Shown here piece after piece: positions 36,301-49,419 of a DNA stretch of 64,000 nucleotides. This stretch comes from Octopus bimaculoides (Eukaryota). The stretch's first letter is position 1, and every line of letters begins with the position of its first letter. Both the position numbers and the translations under genes were made by a program. Location of the stretch: NCBI RefSeq assembly GCF_001194135.2, contig NC_068981.1, positions 137,235,431 to 137,299,430 of the forward strand, read 5' to 3'. Below the pieces are notes generated by a model. That model searched no databases, was not told the DNA's origin, and saw nothing but the letters and a program-made list of their open reading frames with translations.

Positions 36301-38699
36301 ACACATGTAATAGTTTTTTTTTTGCATTCGCTATTAAAAAAGGAAAAACAACAAAAACCCTCAAATTTTATAGCCCGTCTTTGTATAATTCCCCTCCACT
36401 CCCGTCTGTCGCCCTTGTGGCGAATAAAGAACCGATTAACATTTATTATATTATCATTAGGACGCTAATGATTTTGCGGATTCGCAAAAAAATAAATAAA
36501 AACAGTCTCTTAGGCGTTCTAAGTTCAAATCCCATCGTGGTTAACTTCGCCTTTCATCTTTTTCTGGCGGGTGGGGATTCGATAAAATAAAGTCCCAGTC
36601 AAAGTACATGGATCGATATAATCGATTGTTCTGTTCTCATCCCGGTAAATATCTGTCCTTAGAAATTATTATTACCAGAATGTTAATGGTGGAAAATGGT
36701 ATAGCGGCGGCGCCGATCAAAAAAGTGCTTTTGGTATTATTTAGTTACGTTTTTCGGAGATCGAATCTCAACGAGATCACCTTTGCCTATGTATATATAT
36801 ACTTTTTTCTCATCGCTTTCGAGGGATAGTCGATTTACATCGTCTGTATTTCCCCACTACACACGCCTCACAATAAGCGTGGTGGCCTTGTGCCAGACCT
36901 AGAGAAAAATCATTATTTTGGCGGTAGAGAGGTTGAAACGGCAGAGCGTCGAACTAAATGCTTTGAAGTACTGAATTATGCCCGTATGCCGCCTGAATTC
37001 CACTTCAAATCCGCCAAAATGCTGTTCATCCCCACCCATGCCTCATGATTTCAATAAAATAATAAATTATATGTACCAGACGATTACTGGGTCAATTCAA
37101 CCGTCTACACTCGTCGGTTGAACTGACCCAGTACTCGTCGTCTCCTATATTATATGTGTGGCCTTGCGTTTATGTGAGAAGATCGGACCAGCTTCAGATC
37201 TTACTACTGTCGGTTTTGACTTTTAATGTCCCTGAGTCCGATAAAAAAGAATTATGAATTTAATAATATACCAGAATAAACCATACTCAACCTTACCCTC
37301 TAATATTAAAATTCGTACTTAAAAAAAAAATGAAAAAATTATTAAAGTTCTTGGAAGGATCGAGTCCGGTTTCGATTCTTATCTCAGGGTATTATTTCCA
37401 TTCACTTAACTCTCCAATATTCGGGGTGAGTTATGAACATCACAACCCTTCCATTCTTTATATATATTCGCAAATCAACGTAGACTTTACCCTTTTAACC
37501 TTTCGGTGTCTATAAAATAAGAACTAGTCAATTATCGAGACCCAATATAGTTAACTATTCCCTCCTTCAGAGCATCAAAGCGGGAGGAGGAGGGGAGAAT
37601 CTTTAAAGCACCAGAAAGACAACACATTTGGCGGTCCTTTTCAAGATCGATAAAATACCCCAAGTAAATACCACTCGCTTGAATACCATTCTCATTTAGG
37701 ATTCTTTATAGGAAAATTAAATCGGGTACTTTATTTTTTATCGATCCCAGAAGGAAGAAAAGGTAAAGTTGGCCTGAGCAGGATTCGATCACAGAATATA
37801 TATGGCCGTAACATTTTTGCATTTTTGTGTAGCGTGCTAACGATTCTGCGAATTCTTTGCTGAAATGTATGGTTTTCTGCCAATGAATCAAAATATTACA
37901 CACACACTCCAAAAAAATCACCGTTATTACTTTGGTACCGGACTATATGTATTTCGGTACATAGTTACGTCCCTTTATTAAAAAAAAGAAATTTGTATCC
38001 CGCCGGCGTTGTCTTTGAGGTCTTAAAGAGAAGTTGAGTACAAGTTATGCACTGGGCCTCCCCGTGAAATATTATTGTAAATTTCAGTCATTGTTATACA
38101 CAATAATGCCGGTAAGAACTAATAATAGTTGTAGATGTATTTATTCTAATATAATATTGAAGATATAAATAGTTTCTATGTTAACAATAGGGATACAATG
38201 ATAGTAGTAGTAGTAGTAGTAGTAGTAGTGGCAGCAGCACCAGTAGTAGCACCAGTAGTAGTTGTTATAGTACCACCACCATTAATATGGTATAAGCCAA
38301 AGAAAGAGCTCCTCCGTTATAGGTCAACCTGTTAGAAATAGCAGCCAAATCTTCCTCAAATCATACCTTATTGTCCTAAAGAAAAAGACGTCACAGACAA
38401 TGTCTACATATACAAAGAGGCGAGATGGTAACAACTGGACTACGATCATAGTGCTACTCGAGCAGGGATGACCTAGGGCTAAACAACAACTATCGTTGCT
38501 ACTACGAGCCGAAAGAGCAGCCTGCTAGAAATAGCAACCAAATCACCATCAAATCACGCCCTACTGTCATAAAATGAAGATAGATGCATTAAATAATATA
38601 GTCCTAGACAACTTTCAAAATAAGTAGGATGCCACGGTTGAAATGCTTTTAATTCCAGTCCTAGTCTGCACGATCAGGGTTGATGTGGAGCGAAAAGAA

Positions 38700-39085
38700 T
38701 CGTTAGCGCGTCGGACAAAATATATAGTGACATTTCCTTCGGCTCTTAACTTTCTAAGTTCATATCTCGCCGAGGTCAACTTTGCTTTTTATCCTTTCGG
38801 GGTCGATAAAGGAAGTACTACCAATCAAATATAGGGGACGATGTTAATCGACTAACTCCTCCACAAATTTCAGTCCTTGTACCTGTCAGAAACGTCAGTG
38901 CGTCGGACAAAATGCTCAGCGGCATTTCGTCCGTCTGCACGTTCTGAATTCAAATTCCACCGAGGTCGACTTTGCCTTTCATACTTTCAGGGTCGATAAA
39001 ATAAGTACCCGTTGAGCACTGGGGTAGATGTAATCGACTACCCCACTCCCCCAAAATTTCAGGCCTATACTAGAAAGGATTATTA
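38700..39085 (+). mobile_element. Two adjacent SINE family B copies
   Basis: Two consecutive gcgtcggacaaaat...gaggtcRactttgc...ggggtcgataaa units. The second ends in an (ATT)n tail. Confidence 0.8.
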
Positions 39086-39682
39086 TTATTATCATTATTA
39101 TTATTATTGTTGTTGTTGAGTAAAGTTATTTTTTAAAGCAGATTTGTAATTATTTTCAAGCAATTGGAGAGATGAAAAAGTCCACTTGAAANNNNNNNNN
39201 NNNNNNNNNNNNNNNNNNNNNNNNNNNNNNNNNNNNNNNNNNNNNNNNNNNNNNNNNNNNNNNNNNNNNNNNNNNNNNNNNNNNNNNNNNNNNNNNNNNN
39301 NNNNNNNNNNNNNNNNNNNNNNNNNNNNNNNNNNNNNNNNNNNNNNNNNNNNNNNNNNNNNNNNNNNNNNNNNNNNNNNNNNNNNNNNNNNNNNNNNNNN
39401 NNNNNNNNNNNNNNNNNNNNNNNNNNNNNNNNNNNNNNNNNNNNNNNNNNNNNNNNNNNNNNNNNNNNNNNNNNNNNNNNNNNNNNNNNNNNNNNNNNNN
39501 NNNNNNNNNNNNNNNNNNNNNNNNNNNNNNNNNNNNNNNNNNNNNNNNNNNNNNNNNNNNNNNNNNNNNNNNNNNNNNNNNNNNNNNNNNNNNNNNNNNN
39601 NNNNNNNNNNNNNNNNNNNNNNNNNNNNNNNNNNNNNNNNNNNNNNNNNNNNNNNNNNNNNNNNNNNNNNNNNNTATATATA

Positions 39683-39715
<33 letters not shown>

Positions 39716-39727
39716 ATGCATATATTC

Positions 39728-40036
39728 TTTTATTTGTTCCAGTCGTTTGATTGTGGCCATGCTGGAGCACCGCCTTTAGTCGAACAAATCGATCTCAGGA
39801 CTTATTCTATCGGCCTCTTTTGCCGAACCGCTAATGTTACGGGTTCGTAAACACACCGGCATCGGTTGTCAAGCGATGTTGGGCCGACAAGCACAAATGC
39901 ACAAACATATACACACACACACACATACACACACACGTATATATTTAAATATATACATATATATACGACGGGCTTCTTTCAGTTTCCGTCTACCAAATCC
40001 ACTCACAAGGCTTTGGTCGGCCCGAGGCTATAGTAG
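39728..40036 (-). mobile_element. SINE family A copy, head missing
   Basis: Near-identical to 13805-14105. Confidence 0.85.
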
Positions 40037-40050
40037 ATACATGCAGATAC

Positions 40051-40101
<51 letters not shown>

Positions 40102-40420
40102 NNNNNNNNNNNNNNNNNNNNNNNNNNNNNNNNNNNNNNNNNNNNNNNNNNNNNNNNNNNNNNNNNNNNNNNNNNNNNNNNNNNNNNNNNNNNNNNNNNN
40201 NNNNNNNNNNNNNNNNNNNNNNNNNNNNNNNNNNNNNNNNNNNNNNNNNNNNNNNNNNNNNNNNNNNNNNNNNNNNNNNNNNNNNNNNNNNNNNNNNNNN
40301 NNNNNNNNNNNNNNNNNNNNNNNNNNNNNNNNNNNNNNNNNNNNNNNNNNNNNNNNNNNNNNNNNNNNNNNNNNNNNNNNNNNNNNNNNNNNNNNNNNNN
40401 NNNNNNNNNNNNNNNNNNNN

Positions 40421-40575
40421 GGAAGAACCATTTTAACGATGCGTACTGCCATAATTCTTCGAAACGCCGGAGTTTTAATGGTGGCAGCTGATGAAGGGGA
40501 TGTTTCTATGTGGCCTGCTTGTTTGTTGCACCTTGTTTACCATTTTGTCCTTGTTCTTTTGCCACGTCATGTATC
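40421..40575 (+). mobile_element. Penelope-like terminal repeat family P fragment
   Basis: cttcgaaacg...gctgatgaagggga is shared with 47400-47640. The 3' part is also at 21722-21870. Confidence 0.45.
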
Positions 40576-40660
40576 CAGTTATGTATCTATATGTACACGT
40601 AGATGAACGTATATACATACATGTACATATATATGCATATACTCATATGTATATATATAT

Positions 40661-40696
<36 letters not shown>

Positions 40697-41932
40697 TTGT
40701 ATGTGTGTTCGTTTCAGTATGTTTATACTTACGTCGGTGTGTGTGTGTGTGTGTGTAGGCGTGCATGTGCACGAGTGTGAAAGACAACAAGAGACAGAGA
40801 AAGCGTGTTGGAAAGAAAAAGAAAGAAAGGAAGAAATGAGAAACAGAGAGAGAGAGAGAGAAAGAGAGAGATGTGTATTTGGTCGGAGACGTAGACACAT
40901 GCAAGCAGACAGACCGAGGTGGGCAAATGTAAACAGAACTTAGAGGAGAACCCCCCTCTCCCTCCCTTCGCTCCCTCACCCCCTCTCTCTCTCTCTCTCT
41001 CTCGCACAGGCAGATGGGCGGGAGTGGCTGGCAAGTTATTAAAGCAGTTAGTAGAGTAGTTTACATTTGATATAGAGATGGTAATGTAGAATGCAAATAA
41101 AAAGAACAAGAAAGAAAATGAAGAAATAAGTGAGTGAGAGAGAGAGAGAGATGAAATGAAGGCAGGAAAATAACGAACAACGAAATCAACAGCAATACAA
41201 CTCTAAAAACAAACAAACGGCGACATTAAAATTCTGAGAAACCAAAAAAAAAAAAAATGAAAGAAAGAAAGGAGGAAGGAAAAAGTTATAAAAACGCAAT
41301 TATATATACACGCACACACATTCATATATAAATACATACATACATATGTATGGCTACATATATATATACGTATATTTATGTACAAATATGTGCATGTATG
41401 CACACACACACACACATATATATATATCTTGTATGTGTTTACTACGTAATGTCTGCATAAACAAGCACAAAGGCACATTGGTTTATACAGGCAATGATGT
41501 GTGTGTGTCTGTGTGTGCGTATTAAATATAAAAGAAATGAAGAAAAAGAAAGTAAAGAAATGTCAGAAAACAGATAACTGCTGAGCACTGGGGGNNNNNN
41601 NNNNNNNNNNNNNNNNNNNNNNNNNNNNNNNNNNNNNNNNNNNNNNNNNNNNNNNNNNNNNNNNNNNNNNNNNNNNNNNNNNNNNNNNNNNNNNNNNNNN
41701 NNNNNNNNNNNNNNNNNNNNNNNNNNNNNNNNNNNNNNNNNNNNNNNNNNNNNNNNNNNNNNNNNNNNNNNNNNNNNNNNNNNNNNNNNNNNNNNNNNNN
41801 NNNNNNNNNNNNNNNNNNNNNNNNNNNNNNNNNNNNNNNNNNNNNNNNNNNNNNNNNNNNNNNNNNNNNNNNNNNNNNNNNNNNNNNNNNNNNNNNNNNN
41901 NNNNNNNNNNNNNNNNNNNNNNNNNNNNNNNN

Positions 41933-41979
<47 letters not shown>

Positions 41980-42724
41980 CATACACGCAGACACACACAC
42001 ATACACACACACATATATATATGAATCTACACGAGTATGTGTGTGTGTGTATGTATGTACGAGTATTTATATATTACTATTTAGTAGAAGCAACAGAGTG
42101 TCTCAAGGGCCGAGAGTTTCATGCGTTGGCACTTATCAAAATTAGTTTGATAATAGTTTGGTAACTAATTTGATAAATGCCAACGCACGAAACTCTCGGG
42201 TTTTGAGTCACTCTGTTGCTTCTGCTATACATATACTTATACTCTTTACATATATTTTGAGTCCTATTTTTTCCTGTTTGTATCACCATACCTGTTGATA
42301 TAATACATACACACATACATTTATACGTACACATATGCACACATATACATAAACACAAATATGTCCCGGTGTTATCTGTTCAGTGGAATATGGTGAAGCT
42401 ACTTAGAAAAAAGACTTCAAACTCGTAGGTCACCTAAGTTTCAACGACACAGGCGTGGCTGCGTGGTAAGAAGTCTGCTTCTCACCTACATGTCTCCAGG
42501 TTCATTTTTCTACTTAGCCACGGTCCGATCAAAGCCTTGTGACTGGGGTTGGTAGACGGAAATTGAAAGAAGCTCGTCACACACATATATTTCAATGTGT
42601 ACAAATAACACGGAAAAAATAAACAGTTACCAGGGTAGCAAAAATTCACACAAGTGCCAAGGATGTTACAGCCTACTTATAAAGGTAGAAACTCCAGGAC
42701 TTAGTGAAATGTTTTTGTATCACA

Positions 42725-43096
42725 TAGATAAATTAAGAAACGGAGTTAAACGTAGGTGTTATTCAAATTTTTATACTTCCGACATATGTTTCGAAGAAAA
42801 CATTGATATTATTCCGGAGGGAATAAAATGATGTCAAACGATGCAATCATCTCGTCAAGGAAAAAAAATTAAATGATTTACCAGCATTCCCTTTCATCAT
42901 ATACGCGGTAATCACATTCGGTTAAAATGGCTTATTGATGTGTTTGTTTCTCTTTTTTTTCCCTGACGAGATGGTTGCATTGTTTTACATCATTTTATTC
43001 CCTCCGGAATAATATCAATCTTTTCTTCGAAACATATGCCGGAAGTATAAAGATTTGAATAACACCTGCGTTTAACTCCATTTCTTAATTTATCTA
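42725..43096. repeat. Long inverted repeat (foldback), 144-bp arms
   Basis: Arms at 42725-42868 and 42953-43096, about 90% identical by eye. The ORF track shows the same peptide (DKLRNGVKRRCYSN...IDIIPEGIK) on both strands. Confidence 0.95.
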
Positions 43097-43726
43097 CATA
43101 TCTATNNNNNNNNNNNNNNNNNNNNNNNNNNNNNNNNNNNNNNNNNNNNNNNNNNNNNNNNNNNNNNNNNNNNNNNNNNNNNNNNNNNNNNNNNNNNNNN
43201 NNNNNNNNNNNNNNNNNNNNNNNNNNNNNNNNNNNNNNNNNNNNNNNNNNNNNNNNNNNNNNNNNNNNNNNNNNNNNNNNNNNNNNNNNNNNNNNNNNNN
43301 NNNNNNNNNNNNNNNNNNNNNNNNNNNNNNNNNNNNNNNNNNNNNNNNNNNNNNNNNNNNNNNNNNNNNNNNNNNNNNNNNNNNNNNNNNNNNNNNNNNN
43401 NNNNNNNNNNNNNNNNNNNNNNNNNNNNNNNNNNNNNNNNNNNNNNNNNNNNNNNNNNNNNNNNNNNNNNNNNNNNNNNNNNNNNNNNNNNNNNNNNNNN
43501 NNNNNNNNNNNNNNNNNNNNNNNNNNNNNNNNNNNNNNNNNNNNNNNNNNNNNNNNNNNNNNNNNNNNNNNNNNNNNNNNNNNNNNNNNNNNNNNNNNNN
43601 NNNNNNNNNNNNNNNNNNNNNNNNNNNNNNNNNNNNNNNNNNNNNNNNNNNNNNNNNNNNNNNNNNNNNNNNNNNNNNNNNNNNNNNNNNNNNNNNATAT
43701 ATATATATATATATATACCACAATAT

Positions 43727-46444
43727 GTTGTCATACGCTCAGACAGAAAGGAGAGGAGGCATAGTGGAGTTGTGCACATCCGAGAGGACCTCACGCCCCA
43801 GGTCCTGCTGTCATATTCAAATTCAGTGTGTGACACTAAAATTGTACACATAAGACAACTTAATATTGTTATATGTACTACATATCACCCACCAGATGCT
43901 CCGAGTTATACAGGCAAATTTGAAGACTGCCTAGCAAAGATAGAAGTTGCCACCAAACTGGAACAACACATCAATGTATTCCTTTTGGGTGACTTTAACT
44001 TCCCAAATATGGGATGACCTGGGGGCCAGATTCTCCCAGGAATGACACACCAACAGCAAGCACTGACAGAGTCCCTGCTCCACCTTACCAATGCCTCCTT
44101 CATGAAGCAAATCGTGCTGCAACCAACCAGGGCAAATAATATACTGGATCTCTGCTTCACAAACAATATGGACATTACCCATAATGTTAAAGTGACACTG
44201 ACGCTGATCTCGGATCACAATATAATAGAGCTGTCTATATATGAACCAAAAGCTCCTGCAGACATACAGCGTATATGAAGCACCCCAAATCTCTCCAAGC
44301 TAAACTTTCATAAAGCAAATTGGAAGTTGATTGAGAAAGAGATCCTCAAACAGGATTGGCCTAAATATCTCTCCACACCAGACATTGACATGAAACACAA
44401 ACATTTCGTGTCCATAATACAAGTCATATGTGACAAATCTGTCCCATTGTATAAGGCCAGCATACACAAAAATAGGATCTCCAGGGAAAGGAAGATTCTT
44501 ATGAGATGAACAAAGATTATGAACCACCTGAGTAGGCATCCCAAAAGTAGCGAGAAGTCTCGCCTGGAGAGACCGCTATTGGAGATTGAGAAACGTCTGC
44601 ACCAGTCTCATGAAAAGGAGAGAGCAAATAAAGAAGCTTGGGTTATAGAAAATATCAAGTCAAACCTTAAAGCTTTCTTTAAATTTGCCAAAGAAACAGC
44701 CTCAATACGCCACAAGATAGGAGCCCTCTTTCAAAAAGATGGCTTCCTCACAGGAAACTCCATGAGGGTAAGTAAAATACTGAACGAACAGTTTCAAAGT
44801 GTGTTCACTACACGGCTAGGACACAGGCAAGTGAACAAACCAACAGAATTCTTTGCGACATTACCTAAAACCAAAGAAGTAAAAAAAAATTGAGTACATA
44901 AACATTGAAGAAGAAAGATGTAACACTGGCCATAGATGAGGTTGACACAAACTCAGCTGCTGGTCCGGATGGGTTTCCAGCAATCCTACTCAAATCATGC
45001 TAGAGAACCCTTACAAAACCACTGCAGCTTCTCTTTCAGTGCTTCCTTGCAAGTGGTAAGCTCCCTGACAAACTGAAGGAATATACCCTATCCACAAGAG
45101 AGGAAGCAGAGCAAATGCTAACAATTATAAGCCTATCTCTCAGTAAAGTCATGGAACGAATAGTCCGCAAGACACTAATTACGTTCCTAGAAGAAAATGA
45201 CTTGCTGACTGACACCCAGCATGGATTTCGTCCAGGTAGAAGCTGTCTGACACAGCTCCTGCAACACTACGACTGGGTGTTAAAACAGCTGCTGAATGAC
45301 TCAAGCGTGGATGTAATATATCTTGATTTTGCAAAAGCCTTTGATAAAGTTGACCGTGGTATGATATCTCACAAACTGCGTGATCTTGGCATATGCAGAA
45401 AACTTGGAGAATGGCTGCACAACTTTTTAAAAGATAGACGTCAGGCAGTAGGGGGCCAACAGAGCCACTTTCAAGGAAACACAAATAGCAAGTGGTGTTC
45501 CACAGGGCACTGTCTTAGGGCCACTGCTATTCATAGTGGCCCTCCCCGATATGCCTTCAGCTGCTCAAATAGTCATCCTTGCTAGCTATGCAAATGACAC
45601 AAAAGTCTCTCAGACAATACAAAATCCATCCTGGAAATATTGCACATTTACAACGAGAGTTGTACGCAATATACAGGTGGGCTGAGGACAACAATATGCA
45701 GTTTAATGCAGGAAAATTCCAGGCCCTACGCTACCAGCACACAAAGCTAAACGACATGCAGACAAGATACACTGGCCCAGGCGGAATTGAAATCCTTGAA
45801 TCAAAATCAGTGCGCGACCTGGCCATTGACATGAGCAATGATGCATCTTTCCAAGTGCATATTACCAATTTGGTAATAAAATGCAGACGGCTTGCTGGAT
45901 GGATCCTCCGAACTTTCAAAACAAGAGAAAAGGATATACATTCTCAGCCGCTTGGGCTACTGCTCCGACTTATGGTCACCACACAATATAAAATCCGCGG
46001 TGGAACTCGAAGCAATCCAACGAAGCTACACTAAGAAGATCGTCTCGATGCAACGTATCAGCTACTGGTAAAGACTGAAAGAATTGAAACGAAGGCGGAA
46101 GAGATATGCCGTGATATACATCTGGAAAATCCTAGAAGGCTTTGTACCAAACTTTGGCATTGAAAGTTACTCAAACTGTTGAACGGGGCGCCATTGCATA
46201 GTGCCAAAGATCCCAACATCGCTATCAAAATACAGGACCAGATACTGCAACAGATTGGGATTCAAGGGCCCACAGCTCTTTAATGACCTTCCAAAATGCC
46301 TGAGAGACCTGCATGGTGTGGATGTACGTGTCTTTAAAACAAAACTGGATCTCTTCCTGTCAAGGGTTCCAGACGAGCCTACCACACGGCAGGAAACATC
46401 GATGAGGGCAGCAGCATCAAACTTCCTCATTGACCAAATGCCAC
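43727..46444 (+). mobile_element. Decayed CR1-type non-LTR retrotransposon ORF2 (APE endonuclease plus reverse transcriptase), multiple frameshifts and stops
   Basis: APE motifs YHPP, LLGDFNFP, NILDLCFTN and SDHNII. RT motifs QHGFRPGRSCLTQLL, VIYLDFAKAFDKV and SGVPQGTVLGPLLF. YADD is mutated to YAND at 45587-45598. C-terminal GPQLFNDLP...FKTKLDLFL. Bounded by N gaps. Confidence 0.95.
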
Positions 46445-46877
46445 NNNNNNNNNNNNNNNNNNNNNNNNNNNNNNNNNNNNNNNNNNNNNNNNNNNNNNNN
46501 NNNNNNNNNNNNNNNNNNNNNNNNNNNNNNNNNNNNNNNNNNNNNNNNNNNNNNNNNNNNNNNNNNNNNNNNNNNNNNNNNNNNNNNNNNNNNNNNNNNN
46601 NNNNNNNNNNNNNNNNNNNNNNNNNNNNNNNNNNNNNNNNNNNNNNNNNNNNNNNNNNNNNNNNNNNNNNNNNNNNNNNNNNNNNNNNNNNNNNNNNNNN
46701 NNNNNNNNNNNNNNNNNNNNNNNNNNNNNNNNNNNNNNNNNNNNNNNNNNNNNNNNNNNNNNNNNNNNNNNNNNNNNNNNNNNNNNNNNNNNNNNNNNNN
46801 NNNNNNNNNNNNNNNNNNNNNNNNNNNNNNNNNNNNNNNNNNNNNNNNNNNNNNNNNNNNNNNNNNNNNNNNNNNNT

Positions 46878-47640
46878 CCTGTTTGTGTTACCTATTTTGA
46901 CCCTCCGCAAAATCCCAAATTTTATTTAATTTGCTTTGCGGGAGGAACTGTTTTATCGAAAGCGTATATTGAGCAACGAGAGAGTCAAGGAGGAAGAGTG
47001 AGAGAGAGAGGGGGAACGGTGAAGGGGAGAGGAGAAGAATAGGGAAAGGGTGGGAGAGAAAAACAGATAGGAAGAACAAGAGAGGGAGATAGATAGACAC
47101 CTCTTTCCCTATTCTTCTCCTCTCCCCTTCACCGTTCTCCCCCCTCTCTCTCTCACTCTTCTTCATTGACTCTCTCGCTGCTCACACGTGACCAACGGCC
47201 ATTCTCTCTTTCTTTCACTTCCTTCCTAAAGACAAGACGTGCTTTTATCTGTCTCTTCTCAAAGCTCGCTTTTCCAAGCGTTCACCGCTTCACATCGTCT
47301 TGGCTTAACAGCCAGTATTTTGTCTGTTCTCACTGTTCTGTTTTTGTTACCACTTTCACCCTCTGCAAAAAATCCCAAACTTTATTTAATTTGCTTTGTG
47401 GGAAGGACTGTTTTAACGAAGTCGCGTCTTGTCCTTACCTTCGAAACGTGGAGTAGATAAAACAGGGGACAACTGATGAAGGGAATGTTCTTTATGTTGC
47501 ATGTCTCGTTTCTCTGTTTGTTTGTTTTTTCATTGTTCAAAAAAAAGTTCGTTTTCTATGTTTTTGTTTTTAATGTCCTCGTTTCTCATTCTGTCCACGT
47601 TTTTTTTTATGTCCTGTACCCATATATGCATGTATATATA
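46878..47640 (+). repeat. Composite: about 90-bp direct repeats enclosing a purine/pyrimidine inverted repeat, continuing into family P
   Basis: Direct repeats at 46878-46965 and 47335-47425. Inverted arms at 46970-47052 and 47098-47184. Confidence 0.85.
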
Positions 47641-49419
47641 CATATATATGTAGGTATGTATGTATATATGCATATATTTTTATATTATTTATATTATTAT
47701 ATGGTCGAAGAGAGAGAGAGAGAGAGAGAGTCAGACAGACAGACAGACAGACAGACAGAGAAAGAGAGAGAAGTTTTGTAATTGTTTGGAACCGTTTGGG
47801 ATTCTAACCATTTTAGAGCACTGCCTTATTTTCCACTTAACAAATTTCACTCAAAGAAGTCGATGCGCAATGTACCACGATGTGGGATCAAACTTAAAAC
47901 CACATGGTTATGAAGCGAACTTCTTTAATCATTCAGCTTTCTTTCTTTCTTTCTTTCTTTCTTTACCCTATTTCTTTCTTTATTTACTTATTTAGTTTAC
48001 CCTTTTTTTTTCAAATTTATATTTTGGCAGCTGTTAACCTGTCAAACCCGTACCTGTTCAAGTGGAACATTAACCGTACCCACATGACATATTTCGGAGG
48101 ATCTAGGAAGGGTGAAGGGTACAGCAACCCCTTCTTACAGATCAAAATTACTCTATGTGAACATTATCCAAAGTGTCCCACTCTTCAAAACAATTTTGTG
48201 AATATGAAGCGAGGTAGCAGAGTCGATGGAGCGCCGGATAGAATACCTTGCGGCATTTTTTCCGACTCGCTGCGTCCAGATGTCGCTGGGGTCAACTTTT
48301 TCTTTCATTCTTTCATCATCTTTCATTCTTTCATCATCTTTCATTCTTTCATCATCATCATCACCACCACCACCAACCCCTGGACACTGTTGTCTCTTGT
48401 CCAAGGACACATAGGGCTGGTAACTCGGCCTCCATGACATATATAAGATTACAACGTCAGTCTTGAACGGGACGTCAAGCCATCGCTGAGTTACCCATTT
48501 ACGGCTGAGTGGACTGGAGCAAAACGAAATGAAGTATTTTTGCTCAAACATACAACGAACCCCTCAGTCCAGGGATGGAAACCACGATTTTGCGATCGTG
48601 AGTGAAACACCCTCACCACTAGGCCACGCGTCTTTCCATTCTTTCATTCTGTCGGAGTCGATAAAAAGAAAGTATCAGTCCAAGAGAGATTGACTGACGG
48701 TGTTGTAAAAATATCGAACCGGATGCTAAGAGATGTTTGCTCTGGTTCTTTGCGTTTTGAGTTTAAATTTTCCCATTGCTTACTTGAGTGGTTGACTTAA
48801 TCTGTTGCTCGTTTCAAGACCACAACTTAGTACCGTGATTCGATGCTTTTAGCGAAGTCCATTCTATTGTTAGGTTTCCGGATTAAGAGTACTTTTTTTT
48901 TTCCTACTTCTCTTCCTCCCACCTATCTCCGAAACCCTGTAAAGTGTCATAGACACTGCTTTCAGCCCTGACTAAAAGGTAATAAAATAAATAACATCGG
49001 GTACAATTTGAAGAGCATATCGCTGCTATTTCTACCAAGTCGTATAACTAGGTAGAAGTAACTCCAAGCTAGTTCTGATTGCTTAGATAGAAAATCAAAG
49101 CCTTTCCAGTCATGATCATACAGTCTTTTTACGTGTACGTAGGCCTACATTATAATTAAAATTTATTAAAATACCATATCGGTATCAACATTTTATGTTT
49201 TTCATTTGGTAAATGTAAAATATAAGACAAAATAAACTTTAAAATGAAAGAGAATACACAGGAGAAATTCCATAGCGATAAAACGCTCATAAAATCAAAT
49301 GTTCAACCTGTTTCATAGCAACATTACATGCTGATGATTCAAGTATTCGATAAGTTTCGCAGCAATAGGAAATGATGAAAGTTCAAACATTCGCTAAATT
49401 TTATAACAATAACATATTA

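Noticed and set aside
48300-48355. 18-bp unit x3 (tctttcattctttcatca), and the about 19-bp degenerate repeat at 57250-57365
   Set aside because: Short tandem repeats without unique spacers, so not CRISPR-like, and of low information.
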